Of a stretch of DNA of 64,000 nucleotides, positions 1 to 15,125 are shown one piece after another. A program made the position numbers and the translations under genes. The stretch is from assembly GCA_951406725.2 (NCBI GenBank), contig OX597824.1, positions 17,112,001-17,176,000 on the forward strand, given 5' to 3'. Position 1 is the stretch's first letter, and each line of letters begins with the position of its first letter. This stretch comes from Octopus vulgaris. Taxonomy: Eukaryota. The notes beneath the pieces were generated by a model. That model saw only the letters and a program-made list of their open reading frames with translations. It was not told the DNA's origin and made no database searches.

Positions 1-123
1 CCACTTGTAATATTATTTTCTTTTCAAAAAAAAAAAAAAATGTTCCTTGTTATCTAAGAACGTGTACCTGACTTTGGATTGATTCTCATCCACGCTGTAA
101 AATAAGCAAAATTATTCTGCTCA

Positions 124-317
124 ATGTATGTATGTATGTATGTATGTATGTATGTATGTATGTATGTATGTATGTATGTATGTATGTATGTATGTATGTA
201 TGTGTATGCATGTATGTATGTATGTATGTATGTATGTATGTATGTATGTATGTATGTATGTATGTATGTATGTATGTATGTGTGTATGTATGTATATATT
301 GATGTATGTATGTATGT
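124..317. repeat. (ATGT)n microsatellite
   Basis: Near-perfect ATGT tetranucleotide run; explains the YVCM/HTYI ORFs. Confidence 0.98.
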
Positions 318-354
318 CATTATTCAGTTTTATTTCTAGATTTCTTGCCAATAA

Positions 355-489
355 AGTAAGAACCGGTTTCTAACCTAGATCCAAGGGTCCTTCATTGGAA
401 TTTCAACATCAACAACAGGTTATTTTTGTATGTATGTACGCATGCATGTATGTACCTTTGTAGGCATATCATTGTTGTATGTGTGTATG

Positions 490-537
<48 letters not shown>

Positions 538-577
538 AAGCGATGAAGATGCGCTATATGTTGCTATTAGTGCTTGT

Positions 578-618
<41 letters not shown>

Positions 619-873
619 GATATTTATATGTTCCTGTCGTGACTAGACGTACTTTCCATAACTCTGGCCACACAGTAGCGAAAGAAACAGATTTCAGCTC
701 AAGCCAGCAGTTACCTGTCTTATTTTTAGTACCAAATCCCTCGAATACTGTTTTCCTATCATCGGAGTATAAATTTACATAAGTTTATATACCACCTGGA
801 GAAACAAATATAAACGGGTTTCTAGCCTAGATCCAAGGCTCCTTCTTTGGAATTTCAACATCAACAACTGGGT
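355..873 (+). repeat. Two diverged ~62-bp direct repeats (about 361-421 and 813-873), probable 3' ends of an old retroposon
   Basis: aaccggtttctaacctagatccaagggtccttcattggaatttcaacatcaacaacagg vs aacgggtttctagcctagatccaaggctccttctttggaatttcaacatcaacaactgg; both are followed by (TA/TGTA)n. Confidence 0.7.
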
Positions 874-920
874 ATATATGTATGTATGTATGTAAATACA
901 CATATGTATATATATATATA

Positions 921-1328
921 GGAGTGGCTGTATGGTAAGTAGCTTGCTAACCAACCACATGGTTCCGGGTTCAGTCCCACAGCGCGGCATCTTGGGCAAG
1001 TGTCTTCTGCTATAGCCCCGGGCCGACCAATGCCTTGTGAGTGCATTTGGTTGACGGAAACTGAGAGAAGCCTGTCGTATATATGTATATATATATGTAC
1101 GTGCGTGTGTGTTTGTGTGTCTGTGTTTGTCCTCCTAGCATTGCTTGACAACCGATGCTGGTGTGTTTACGTCCCCATCACTTAGCGGTTCGGCAAAAAA
1201 AGAGAGGCCGATAGAATAAGTACTGGGCTTACAAAGAATAATTCTCGGGGTCGATTTGCTCAACTAAAGGTGATGCTCCAGCATGGCCGCAGTCAAATTA
1301 CTGAAGCAAGTAAAAGAGAGTAAAAGAG
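921..1328 (+). mobile_element. tRNA-derived SINE, family B, full length
   Basis: A-box-like gtggctgtatggt, B-box-like gggttcagtccc, cttgggcaagtgtctt core, internal (TA)/(TG) microsatellite, tail tgctccagcatggccgcagtcaaa..gaagcaagtaaaagag; more than 12 homologous copies in the window. Confidence 0.9.
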
Positions 1329-1375
1329 TAATATATATATACATATATAATATATATATATATACACATAATCAA

Positions 1376-1605
1376 GGCGGCGAGCTGGTAGAAACGTTAG
1401 CACGCCGGCCGAGATTCGTAGCCGTATTTCGTCTGTCGTTACGTTCCGAGTTCAAATTCCGCCGAGGTCGACTTTGCCTTTCATCCTTTCGGGGTCGATA
1501 AATTAAGTACCAGTTACGCACTGGGGTCGATGTAGTCGACTTAATCCCTTTGTCTGTCCTTGTTTGTCCCCTCTGTGTTTAGCCCCTTGTGGGTAGTAAA
1601 GAAAT
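1376..1605 (+). mobile_element. tRNA-derived SINE, family C
   Basis: ggcggcgagctggtagaaacgttagc head, gagttcaaattcc B box, central gactttgcctttcatcctttcggggtcgataaattaagtaccag (resembles the Meta/MESC-type conserved SINE domain), tail agccccttgtgggtagtaaagaaata. Confidence 0.88.
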
Positions 1606-2016
1606 ATATATATACATATTTAGAAAGACAGAATGCTCCTGTTTGGACGAGCTGGTGTCATCCGCAGCCGGGGTATATTTCTGTTGCATCTACTTCAGGA
1701 ACCCTGCAGTGTTAGGTGATATAACAATAATAATTTCTTGTTATTAAGACGACAATAATAATAAACAGAAGATGGATCTGGTATTAATCTTTACTTTGTA
1801 CAATGGTCATTTCCACCCATCCTGCTATTGTCCCTTATGTGTGGGCCACCGTTCAAAATATGTTGCATCCAATTTGCAGTCTGGGTCTTATCAGGTGTAA
1901 CCATACATAAAGTCGCGTCACGCTAAACATCCTGAGTTTAGGCTGTCGTGTTGTTATATGTCCGCTGGTTAGGCAATGAAAGATTGCTACAATTTTCAAT
2001 TGCTATCATCTTTCCA

Positions 2017-2027
2017 TAATAATAATG

Positions 2028-2082
<55 letters not shown>

Positions 2083-2087
2083 TGATG

Positions 2088-2145
<58 letters not shown>

Positions 2146-2150
2146 TGATG

Positions 2151-2181
<31 letters not shown>

Positions 2182-2231
2182 TAGTAATAATAATAATGAT
2201 AATAATAGTAATAATAATAATGATAATAATG

Positions 2232-2262
<31 letters not shown>

Positions 2263-2330
2263 TAATAGTAGTATAACAATAATAACAATATTAATAGTAG
2301 TAGTAATAATAATAATAATAATAATAATAA

Positions 2331-2387
<57 letters not shown>

Positions 2388-2430
2388 TAATAATAATAAT
2401 AATAAATATAATAATAATAATAATAATAAT

Positions 2431-2510
<80 letters not shown>

Positions 2511-2522
2511 TAATAATAATAA
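2017..2522. repeat. (TAA)n microsatellite with TGA/TAG interruptions
   Basis: Direct inspection. Confidence 0.98.
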
Positions 2523-3221
<699 letters not shown>

Positions 3222-3488
3222 TAATGATAATATGAACTACAGCAAATATTCTGCTCAGTACCACAGATTTGCTTGTCAGTTGTTTGACCATATCCAGTTG
3301 AGCATGCCCGTTAATAGCTAACGGTATGTGTATCTCTGGTCACGATCATAAGTAGTGGTAGAGCATCATGACTACGTGTTGAGAGGAATTCTTTGGACTT
3401 TGGATGTGTGTATGTGATGCGTCTGTTAATTCAGTGGCGAAACAGGGGCTGTTTTGTTTATTTATTAATTTATTATTTAGTTTTAAAA

Positions 3489-3872
3489 GGAGGCGCAATG
3501 GCCCAGTGGTTAGGGCAGCGGACTCGCGGTCGTAGGATCGCAGTTTCGATTCCCAGACCGGGTGTTGTGAGTGTTTATTGAGCGAAAACACCTAAAAGCT
3601 CCACGAGGCTCCGGCAGGGGATGGTGGTGATCCCTGCTGTACTCTTCCACCACAACTTTCTCTCACTCTTACTTCCTGTTTCTGTTGTACCTGTATTTCA
3701 AAGGGCCGGCCTTGTCACTCTCTGTGTCACGCTGAATATCCCCGAGAACTACGTTAAGGGTACACGTGTCTGTGGAGTGCTCTTCCACTTACACGTTAAT
3801 TTCACGAGCAGGCTGTTCCGTTGATTCGGATCTTCCGGAATCCTCGTCGTCGTAACCGACGGAGTGCTTCCA
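3489..3872 (+). mobile_element. tRNA(Arg)-like SINE, family A, full length (possibly an octopus OR-type SINE)
   Basis: ggaggcgcaatggcccagtggttagggcagcggactcgcggtcg..gtttcgattccc head (A/B boxes, TCG at the anticodon-like position); almost identical to the minus-strand copy at 39754-40137. Confidence 0.9.
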
Positions 3873-4196
3873 CTCCACATTTAGATTCCTAGAATCCACA
3901 TTTATCCAACACAAAGCAGTAAGAAAAATACTTATTATGTCGTCCGACCTGGTAGATATTGTATTTAAATATTGCTCCTCACAGATACAAAAACGAAACG
4001 GAGGCATTTTATAATGCAATCCAATTTAAAATAAGCCTGAATACAAAAGAGTCCCATGTGATCAGAATTACGATTCATAGGTATCTTCTTTTGCGATTGA
4101 TCTGTGGATAATTATCAATATGCAACTACTACACATACTGTACACACACACTCATATATATGTATATTTCTATATACGTGAATACATATATATACA

Positions 4197-4253
<57 letters not shown>

Positions 4254-4256
<3 letters not shown>

Positions 4257-4398
4257 ATTAAGGGCTCCTAAATAAGGATGCCAAGTGCTAGGGACACAAA
4301 AGAGGGATAAATTTATCGAGAGTAAAAATCAAAAACAAAATTTATCCCTTTTTTGTGTCCCTAGCACTTGGCATCTTTATTTAGGAGCCCTTAATTAT
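4254..4398. repeat. Foldback palindrome, ~61-bp arms and ~23-bp spacer
   Basis: ataattaagggctcctaaataaggatgccaagtgctagggacacaaaagagggataaattt (4254-4314) is the near-perfect reverse complement of 4338-4398. Confidence 0.95.
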
Positions 4399-4859
4399 AT
4401 TTCTACATGAATAATATTTTTCTATATGAATAATATTTTGTCTAATGACTAATTCGTCCTTTGTGCTGGGCCACTGGTAGTAATCTATATTATTACCCTT
4501 TTGATTATATTCACATATATATATATATACGCACATATATATATATACACAGAGGTAATTATAGACTGTACGAATTAATGTCACAAACAAAATACGAAGT
4601 CGTGTGTATGCTATGAAATTTAATTTGTTAAACATAAAAAGCTTAAAAATTACAAAGAAAACACAATCCGCTATTTTCAAATATAGTTTAATTTCAAACA
4701 ATATTTATAATTTCGATTGATCGAACCATAATATTTATGGTAACTCATCATTTAATGCATATTCTATAAATTATATAGACATATGTATATAGACATTTGT
4801 ATATATACATATATCTACAGATAGATATGATATACATAAATTTATATATATATATATAG

Positions 4860-5030
4860 TTAGATAGATAGATAGATAGATATGCACATACACACAAACA
4901 AGCGTATGTATATATATTATACCTATACCTACATACATTTATATATATATATATATATATATATATGCATGTATATATATATATATGCATGTATATATAT
5001 ATATATATGCATGTATGTATATATATAGAG

Positions 5031-5075
<45 letters not shown>

Positions 5076-5084
5076 CATAGATAC

Positions 5085-5163
<79 letters not shown>

Positions 5164-5229
5164 TAGATATATATGCACATACACACACAAACAAGCATAT
5201 GAATATATATTATAAATATACCTACATAC

Positions 5230-5275
<46 letters not shown>
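4860..5275. repeat. Tandem duplication (~290-bp period) of a (GATA)n-unique-(TA)n block
   Basis: tatgcacatacacacaaacaagc..acctacatacattt occurs at ~4881-4940 and ~5172-5233. Confidence 0.75.
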
Positions 5276-5281
<6 letters not shown>

Positions 5282-5754
5282 AACACGTATCTCCTCAGAT
5301 CCCATCGACGTAGCGTCATACAAACTGGTTTGCGGTGATAGTTCGGGTCTGTACGTTTTGAAATGAAATGTCACTGGGAAAAGCTTTGACTTTCATCATC
5401 TCAAGGTAGACAATTAAAGTTCTCAGTTGCTCACCCTTCCTGTCTATTCATGTTTTGCTGGAAATAATCAGCAGAGACGTTTACAGACGGATGGCTACCG
5501 TCAGTTCTTAGATTTCGATGACATACCAAAAGTGAAAATGGCGCCTCTGCATCTTCATTAGATGTATGGCATGATGGGTAGATATGTATATACACAAACT
5601 TAAACATACATACATTATATATATATATATAACCTTTGAAATACACACATTATATATATATTAATAAATATATATATATATTCATATACATATATGTATA
5701 TATATTGCGTATATTATTATATGACTGAACGACACGCCTCCTCTGTCAAGTAAG

Positions 5755-5818
<64 letters not shown>

Positions 5819-6053
5819 ATGTGTGTATATATATATATGTGTTCATGTATATATATATATATGTATGCATATTATATGTATATATGTATATGTATATATG
5901 TACATATATACATATATACATACATATATATATGCATATGAATGTGCAAGAACACATAACGATATACCCCTGTATAAGTATGTGCATATATGTAATGTGT
6001 CATATATATATATATGATTATATATGTATATATGTATATGAATAAATATATGT

Positions 6054-6115
<62 letters not shown>

Positions 6116-6559
6116 GTTTGTGTACACTGCAGGAAGCGAGTCAGGGCCTGTAAGAAAGTTCGTAATTGGCTGAAAATCTTTATGGATGAATAGATGTATG
6201 GAAAATCTACAGATATAATTAATAATAATAGCGCGATGTTTTACTGTACCACACATGTTATATATATATATATAGTACATTATATAACATAAACCTACAT
6301 ATTTACACATGCACAACACACGCATATATGTATACTCGAATAGATATCTATATAAATATATATATATGATATGCATGTAAATATATGTATATATATTTAA
6401 TTTTATATATGTGTGTAGATATATATACATATATGTGCATGTGTGTGTGTGTGTGTATAATGGCTGGAGAAAAAAACGCTCAATAATGAAACATTGTTCA
6501 AAGGACATCCAGATGTGATGCTAATTAAATGATGTGTATATTGTAGTGGAAACTTTTAG

Positions 6560-7605
6560 AAAATTTCAGCACAATAGCAACAAAAACAATTAGCCACTTC
6601 ACATCCACTACCCACACCACTACAGCTACAGCCACTACCATCTCCACCGCCATAAATTCTACTTCAAATGCCGTCATTACCACCATCAATACGGACACCG
6701 CTAGCACCACCACCACTACCGTCACTACCATAACCACTAAAACAGTTACCACACTCAACTCTAATGACAACAGCATCAGAAATAACAACAATAACAACGA
6801 AAGCAACAATGATACGAAGACCAGCAGCAATAGAATACGGAAGAAGAACGAAGGCGAATACAACAACAACAAATGTGCCAGCAAGAGCGGCAGCATCAGA
6901 AACAACAGGAAAATATTAACGGTGGCAACAACAGCAAGAACAACAAGAACAGCAAAAACTAATGCCTAAAACAAGTGTATTATCAACCAGATTGCAAACA
7001 ATAACAATGATAACGACATGAAACCCGACTATAGAATCAATGATGACGAAAATAATAAAAGTTAAGTATACAACAACAAATTCCATAACAGGCGCTGTAG
7101 TAGTAACAACAGCCGCTGTAGAGTCGATGGTTGTTGTAGTAGTAGTAGTAGTAGTAATAGTAGTATTAATTGTTGCGTTGTTGTCGGTGGTGGTTGTGAT
7201 ACTGGTGGGGGTGGTTGTGGAATTGTTAGTGATGGTGGCGGTAGAGCTAGTACTGGTGTTGGTAGGGGCACTGGTCATGGCTGTAATAGTAGTGGTGGTG
7301 GGACTTTTACCGCGGATAGTGGTTGTTGCTGTATAAGTAGTAGTGGTGGTTTCAGTGGTAGTTGTGGTGCTGTTAGTGGTTGTAGTGGTGGTGGTGGTGG
7401 TGGTGGTGGTGGTAGTACAAAATATGAGGATGGCGGCAGCAGCAACAGTAGTAGTAGTAGTAGTAATAGTAGTAGTAGTAATAGTAGTAGTAGTAGTAGT
7501 AGTAGTAGAAGCATCATCATTATTATTATTATTAGTAGTAGTAGTAGTAGTAATAGTAGTAGTAGTAGTATTAGTAGTAGTAGTAGTAGTAGTAGAAGCA
7601 GCAGC

Positions 7606-7676
<71 letters not shown>

Positions 7677-7930
7677 CGGTGGTGGTGGTGTTGGTGGTGG
7701 TGATGGTGGTGGTTTTGGCGGAAGGTTAGAAAAGACAGTGGCATTCCGCATCATAACAATGAGACGCACTAAACAAGAACAAAATTCTAAAAGAACAAAC
7801 ACTCGCTGTGACGTCGATAACAACATCATCAACATCATCATCCTCATCATCATCATCATCAACAACAACAACAAAAACCAGAGGTAGATACAATTAACAA
7901 GATCTTTAAACAAGCACAATAATAATAATA
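6560..7930. repeat. Compound degenerate trinucleotide low-complexity region (CAC/CAA/GTA/GTG/TTA/CAT)
   Basis: Successive trinucleotide tracts; poly-V/T/L ORFs on both strands are artefacts. Confidence 0.9.
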
Positions 7931-8305
7931 AACAATTGAAAACAGGTTAAAATAAAGAAGAATTAAACAACAAATATACAACAATGAGTGAACGGAAGTT
8001 AATAGGACTATAACCAAAATCTCCACATTGAGAAAAACTGAGCAACGCAAGAAAGAAAGAAAAAATTCTAATGCATTACAATGAAGTATATTGTATTGAA
8101 TTCCTATGTCCTTTTATGAGATGAAGTGAAATATATATTTTATTAAACGCAACATATTCAAAATAATGGAAAACTACTTATACAACATGGCTAGATATGT
8201 TTGTATGTTTGTATGTACATATGTTTATAACTACATATCTGTATAACTAATTATGGAGGTATATACGTACGTGTGTATATTAGCGTTTACATAAATATGT
8301 GCATG

Positions 8306-8348
<43 letters not shown>

Positions 8349-8475
8349 GCGTGTGTGTGCACGTATACATACAAATACGCATATGTATATATATGCATAT
8401 GAATATATACATATAGATATACACTGTGTGTGTAAACGTATATATATATATATATATATATATAGATAGATAGAT

Positions 8476-8518
<43 letters not shown>

Positions 8519-8527
8519 TAGATAGAT

Positions 8528-8564
<37 letters not shown>

Positions 8565-8934
8565 TATATATATATATATATATAATTATATATGTGTGTA
8601 TACATACATAAATAAGCACGCATTTATATACATCTATACACATTATAATTCATGCTCCACTCTCTCTCTGTCTCTATCTTCTCTCGCACCCTCTTTTCTA
8701 TTTTGTAAATATGGATATTTATACATACACTAATGTATGTATGTATGTTCTAATTTGTATATAACGTATATAAATATATTTACCGGTATGCGCATGTGTG
8801 CACGCACGTTTGTGTGTTTAAATACATATATGTATATACGTATATATATATATATATGAATATTTATGTATGCAATTATTATCTCTCCCTCTCTCTCTCT
8901 CTCTCTCCCTACGCAGGCACGCATATGTGTATTA

Positions 8935-8965
<31 letters not shown>

Positions 8966-9480
8966 AAGTCTGTGTGTGCGTACGTATTTCGACATGTGTT
9001 TGGACCTGCACTTTAAAAACGGCTGTTCCACTTTAACACTAATTAATATCTGCTGTACGTTTGCACATATTCAATCCTCACATTAACAGACAATGCACCA
9101 CTAATAGATTGACTCTCAGCTTCTGGCATTTCTATTTAATAAATTTCTTCATAGTCGAGACACACACACAAACATACGCACACACACACACACTCAGAGA
9201 TACACTCGCATGCATATACACAAACAGGCAAAATTATAATTACTCACACACACATACATAATTACATGCTTATGAACAGATATATCCATGCATATATGTA
9301 TGCTTATGTATAAGTATACATATATATATATATACGTACATGCGTTCGCATGTTTGTGTGTGTGTGTGTGTCTGCGTGCGTGTGGTTGTGTATGTGTATA
9401 TTATATGTATGAATGTATATATATATAAAGGTGCGTTAATATACGAGTGTATATACCTAACTATGGATATATATATATAA

Positions 9481-9542
<62 letters not shown>

Positions 9543-9745
9543 GGGAGTAAGCACATAGATGCAAAAAAAGTTGGTAAAACTAGTACTTGCATACCAGATG
9601 TAGAGTAATACGTATCATTGAAAAGCAGCAGAGATATCAGAAAAAATGTTACTCGGAGTATCACGGTCCCGTTCATCTGAATCTATATATATATATGTAT
9701 ATCTATCTATCTATCTATCTACTTATCTATGCATATATATATATA

Positions 9746-10039
9746 TCACCGTGAATCACCGTGACCGACCAGGCTATCAGATGTTGCTATACATCGTTGG
9801 TCACAATGCGCTTCGCATTGTTTTAGCCTTTAAATGACGCCACCCCACTGGCTAAGCGAGCAGGCCAACAGAAGAAAGAGTGAGAGAAAGTTGTGGTGAA
9901 AGAGTACAGCAGGGATCACCACCTTCCCCTGCCGGAGCCTCGTGGAGCTTTAGGTGTTTTCGCTCAAAAAACACTCACAACGACCGGTCTGGGAATCGAA
10001 ACCGCGATCCTATGATCACGAGTCCGCTGCCCTAACCAC
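9746..10039 (-). mobile_element. SINE with family A head/body and a different 3' tail
   Basis: 9878-10039 matches family A; 9746-9877 (tcaccgtgaccgaccaggctatcagatgttgc..caggccaacagaag) is unrelated to the normal A tail. Confidence 0.8.
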
Positions 10040-11055
10040 AGATGCATGCATGCATGCATACATACGTACATATGAGAAAAAGATGACACGAGAAAGATAA
10101 AGTTTATGTATCCATACTGTTTGTGCTACAGGATGCAGTGGACTCCTTGTTGAGTGCCGGAATAATATCCTACAGCTTCATCGGAGCCTCGAACATGAAG
10201 TATAGATATGGCAAGAAAGACTTACATCCTTGCAATATACAGGGAAAGCATTACCAGTGCGAAAGTCACTACTGAGTCATATGAAAGATGTGTGCCCAAA
10301 GGGTAATTAGCTATGTCACTAGAAAAAGAAGAGAGAGAAAAATACATGCTCATATGCGCAGGTGCACGTACTCGAAAACATATATACGCATATGTGTGTG
10401 TATGCGTTTGTGTATACTGATACTGTTTCACGGATCTTATATGAATAGCTGTCATGCGTATTGGTTGACTCTTTGGAGTGTGGGATAGGAGACACCGCAT
10501 TGTCCTCTACGTTCTATATCTTCCTTCTGTGTCAACATCGCTCCTATGTTAAACGAAATATCTCAACAGAAAGCACAAGGCTAGATTGATATCTTTCTCT
10601 TCGTCTGCCTCTCAGTTTTCAATTTCTCTGCTCTCTCTCTCTCTCTCGCCTTCCATTTCACTGTTTCCAGCTCTCAGAATAAGCTCCTTTGTACTCTGAG
10701 ATAGATCATGAAGGTTTGCACAGAAAGATAGAAGATTTCAATGTGGGACTAGCTGTCTTCTCCTGGATAACATAATCCAATATAATTTCATAAATTTGTC
10801 CAAATTAAGAAAGATGTTAAAATTGAGCGAGGAACGGTACTATATGAAATTTTTTAGCAAGATTTTAGGATTTCATATTATCGATTCAGCTATTCCAACA
10901 TACTACCGTTACTTATAGATATATGAAATCGTGAACGGTTATATATTTTGGGGTATTTAATTCAAAAGAGAAAGAAGGGAATATTGAAATATTGCATCTC
11001 ACTCTACGCACTCAAACCGTTTATGTTATCTTTTATTTGTTTTAAGGATTAGAGT

Positions 11056-11305
11056 CAGCTTGGCACCAGTGACGTGGCAGCTCATTTATTAACGTGCAAT
11101 TGGCTTAGCACTCTACAGACACGTGTACCCATAACGTAGTTCTCGGGGAGATTCAGCATGACACAGTGTGTGACAAGGGTGGCCCTTTGAAATACAGGTA
11201 CAGCAGAAACAGGAAGAAAGACTGAAACTTGTAGTGAAAGAGTAAAGCAGGGTTCACCACCACCCCCTACCGGAGCCTCGTCGAGGTTTAGGTGTTTTCG
11301 CTCAT
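11056..11305 (-). mobile_element. 5'-truncated family A SINE with a variant tail
   Basis: A body (gacacgtgtaccc..taggtgttttcgctca); the tail reads cacgtcactggtgccaagctg on the minus strand, similar to ~56745-56763. Confidence 0.75.
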
Positions 11306-11994
11306 TACACGGATACATAACACATTCCATAACACATATAGACACACATGTGTCTATATGTGTGTATTTCCTTGTGTGTTTTACAAGCTTCTTTCAGTTT
11401 CTTTCTATCAAATCCACTCTCAAAGCTATAGTGAGCCCGGGCGCATGGACGATGACAACTATACAAAGTGCCGCGTAGTGGGACTTAAACTAGGGTCACA
11501 TGGTTGGGGAGGAAGCTTCTTAACCGCACAGCCTGATTTAATTCCTCTACAGAACAGAATCCGTGTCTTCTTTCAGAGATACAGTAAATAATCTGCAACT
11601 TACCTTTTCATCAAAATTTGAAGATGGTTTTTGTCTTATTTCTGAAACAAGGTTTTTTTTCTCTCTCAGGATTTCATTGGCCATTAAGAGTGTCTAAACT
11701 TCATTTCTCTACTTACCACAAATAATTAATGAACTGCTAAAACAATAACCCCAAAAATACGGAGATAGGCCAGGATGATACGGTCAGTGTTTGAACATAT
11801 TTGATGACAGTTCTTCCTTGTCAGATATGATAAATGACTAAAGAATGGCGTTGAAGACAACAACGAGAGAAAAAGGAATTACAACCGAGTAAATAAATAT
11901 AAATGAAAAATAATAGTGAAAGCAGAAATTAAAAAGAGTAAAAAAAATTGCCTTTAAGATACGTCTTCATTATAAAGATTTGGATAACCAGTCC

Positions 11995-12172
11995 TTTTAT
12001 TTTGTACTTGTTTCAGTCATTTGCCTACGGCGTTGCTGGAGCATCACCTTGAAGCGTCTATTTGAACAAATCTATTTTAGTACTTTGGTGTTTTTTTTTC
12101 TTTTTAATATTCTCGTGTGTAATCTATCGTGGTATTTTGCCGAACTAAGTTGTTAAAATTTGGGGTGCACAA

Positions 12173-12262
<90 letters not shown>

Positions 12263-12440
12263 ATACACATGTATATACATGCACACGACGGGCTGCCACA
12301 GAAATTCCGTCTGCCACATCCGCTCACAAGACATTGGTCAGTCCGGGCTATAACTGACGACACGCAAACACTTTGCCGCGCAGAGTGAGTACAAAATCCG
12401 TGGCGGAAAGTGAGTTTATTAACTCCACAGCCATGTCTAC
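11995..12440 (-). mobile_element. Family B SINE, diverged, with long internal (CA)n
   Basis: tacttgtttcagtcatttg tail and cacagcc head; another partial B copy at ~11385-11535. Confidence 0.8.
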
Positions 12441-12502
12441 GACGATTATCTTTCCATAAATTCGCTAAAGAATCATTCAAACCTATATCATATTTCTCAT
12501 GT

Positions 12503-12805
12503 GAAGGCACGTGGCTTAGTGGTTAGAGCATTCGACCCACGATTGCAAGTTCGTGAGTTCAATTCCCGGTGACGCGTTGTGTCCTTAAGCAAGACACTTT
12601 ATTTCACGTTGCTCTAGTCCACTCAGCTGGCAAAGAGGAGTAGTACCTGTATTTCAAAAAGGCCAGCCTTCTCACATTCAGCATGTCACACTGAATCTCC
12701 CCGAGAACTACGTTAAGGGTATCCGTCTCTGTGGAGTGCTCAGCCACCAGCACTTTAATTTCAAGAGCAAGCTGTTCCGTTGATCGTAGCAGCTGGGACC
12801 GCTCC
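12503..12805 (+). mobile_element. Chimeric SINE: family D head with family A 3' half
   Basis: D-type head up to tttcacgttgctctagtccactcagctggcaaa, then tacctgtatttcaaa..gagaactacgttaagggt..gctgttccgttgatcg as in family A. Confidence 0.8.
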
Positions 12806-13529
12806 TTTATATTTCTCATGCGATAAGCAGTGTTGCTGCACATGTGTGGAAAATATATCGAATTGACTGAATCCTATACCATGACAATCTATAACTTATT
12901 TAGCACCGTTTCAATAACACCTACCCCTACTTACGCACCACATCCACAGAAACAAGTCCGGGAAAATCGACAAGAGGTGATTTTCACAGACGCCTCTTGC
13001 CTTGGTGTCACACATATTGCATAAATCTCGATGAATTGAAATTCAAATGTATTTCAATGATTCTACACCAATGCGTCATCAGAATGGATCTCCATATCTG
13101 CCAAACTTTTATTTTCGAGAACCTGCTGAACGCAATAGTTCAAGAGTGATGATTAATCCTTGTTCGGTTTTGTTGTTGGAGTGTCTCAGTGACCCTGAGA
13201 GCTACAATAGTGAAGTACAAAATTTGGTTATGGTCTACTATGATGAATAGCTCAGAGAAAGGACAGCCCGAAGTCGAGAATAATTTATTTAAGTAAGTGA
13301 TTCAATAGGGCCATCAGCAGTATTGATCTGAAAAATCAATTAAGTTCTAAAAAAAGTAATCAAATTCTCTCATTCTAGGTAGAAAAATACAGGAGGCTTT
13401 TCAAACAAATGGCTTATGCCTCTGGAGAGGAAACAATTTCAGATTATACATACATGCATACATACATACATACATACATACATACATACATACATACATA
13501 CATACATACATACATACATACATACATAC

Positions 13530-13693
13530 AAATGGTGAGTAGGTAGGCAGCCGACAACTAACGAAGGGCCGTTCTTTCTATTCTTTGTACTACCTGTCGT
13601 GTTACACATATTTTCTCTCGTTGTTTGCGTATTTAACACATTTGTTTTAGCATTTTATGTTGTTTACTGTTGGTGACATCCTGTACTCGTATA

Positions 13694-13697
<4 letters not shown>
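13530..13697 (+). mobile_element. Unclassified interspersed repeat, family E
   Basis: Colinear similarity to 56988-57150 (ccgacaac..gaaggg.cgttcttt..tgtcgtg..gtgac..cctgta..tata.gcatata); both end in (TA)n. Confidence 0.65.
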
Positions 13698-13745
<48 letters not shown>

Positions 13746-13749
<4 letters not shown>

Positions 13750-13866
13750 TAATCCAAACATGAAAACACAAAGCCAAAACACAACAACGCGAGGACGTGG
13801 AACAAATATAGTATTATTGGATGCTCAGGAAAGAAGGAAAGAAGGAGGGTTTAACGTTTCGAGCGT
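13746..13866 (-). mobile_element. Probable Penelope-like terminal-repeat fragment in (TA)n
   Basis: Minus strand begins cgctcGAAACGTTAaaccc, resembling the 3' half of a minimal hammerhead; the CUGANGA half is absent. Confidence 0.35.
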
Positions 13867-13890
13867 TAAATATATATATGTATATGTGCA

Positions 13891-13960
<70 letters not shown>

Positions 13961-14241
13961 TGTATATATGTATGTATGTATCAATTTATCATTTCCAGAA
14001 TAACAAAAGTAATCGGACATTAGATCCTAAATATTTCTGTCTAACAAACCAAGATATGACATATAAATTTCATTATGGATGCTTGTTCAAATGTTGCCTG
14101 TAAACTCGGCAGGTTGTTCACATAGAATATTTACAACTTTTTATACTTTCACACATTCTGTTATCTCTTATTAAGTGTATAACATGAATTTCTAATGCTT
14201 ACTGACATTCCTATTCATACGGCCATTTTCTATGTACCATG

Positions 14242-14280
<39 letters not shown>

Positions 14281-14285
14281 TATAA

Positions 14286-14728
14286 TGAGCTGTCTGGCAT
14301 AAACATTAGCATGCGGGCGAAATGCTTAGCGGTATTTCGTCTGCCGCTACGTTCTGAGTTCAAATTCCACCGAGGTCGACTTTGCCTTTCATCCTTTCGG
14401 GGTGATTGATTAAATAAGTGCCAGTTACGCACTAGGGTCGATATAATCGACTTAATCCGTTTGTCTGTCCTTGTTTGCACCTTCTGTGTGTAGCCCCTTG
14501 TGGGTAGTAAAGAAATAAGAAACGTTAGCACATCGGGTGGATTGCTTAACGGTATTTAGTCGGCCGTTACGATTTGGGTTCAAATTGCACCGAGGTGAAC
14601 TCAGCCTTTTATCCTTTCGGGATCGACTAAATAAGTACCAGGTACGCACTGTGGTCGATATTACCAACTTAATCTCTTTGTCCTTGTTTGTCGACTCTTT
14701 GTTTAGCTCTCTGTGGGCAATAAAGAAA
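14286..14728 (+). mobile_element. Tandem dimer of family C SINE
   Basis: Two consecutive units, each ending gtggg..taaagaaat; the second is more diverged. Confidence 0.88.
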
Positions 14729-14919
14729 TTTATATTTATGTGTATGTGTGTATTTATCTGTTTATATATATATATATATATATATGTATATAAACGCAAA
14801 AGACATCCAAACAAATCTGTGCCCATATGCACACACATTTACACACACACTTACACACACCAAGGGCAGTGAATATAGACATGAAACAACAAACCTTAAC
14901 AGATGTGAAGGAACGAGGG

Positions 14920-14920
14920 A

Positions 14921-14955
<35 letters not shown>

Positions 14956-15046
14956 AGAAGAAGAAGAAGAAGAAGAAGAAGAAGAAGAAGAAGAAGAAGA
15001 AGAAGAAGAAGAAGAAGAAGAAGAAGAAGAAAAAGAAGGAGAAGAG

Positions 15047-15125
<79 letters not shown>

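Noticed and set aside
3489-3560. tRNA-Arg gene (likewise tRNA-like heads at 921, 47860, 60350)
   Set aside because: A/B boxes are present, but there is no proper acceptor stem and each continues into a multicopy repeat body.
3621-3824. Near-identical 67-aa ORFs at 3621-3824 (+) and 39802-40005 (-)
   Set aside because: Identity reflects two young family A SINE copies, not protein conservation.
12830-13250. IFTDASCLG, resembling an LTR/DIRS RNase H motif
   Set aside because: A single short motif with no supporting RT or integrase sequence; cannot be distinguished from chance.
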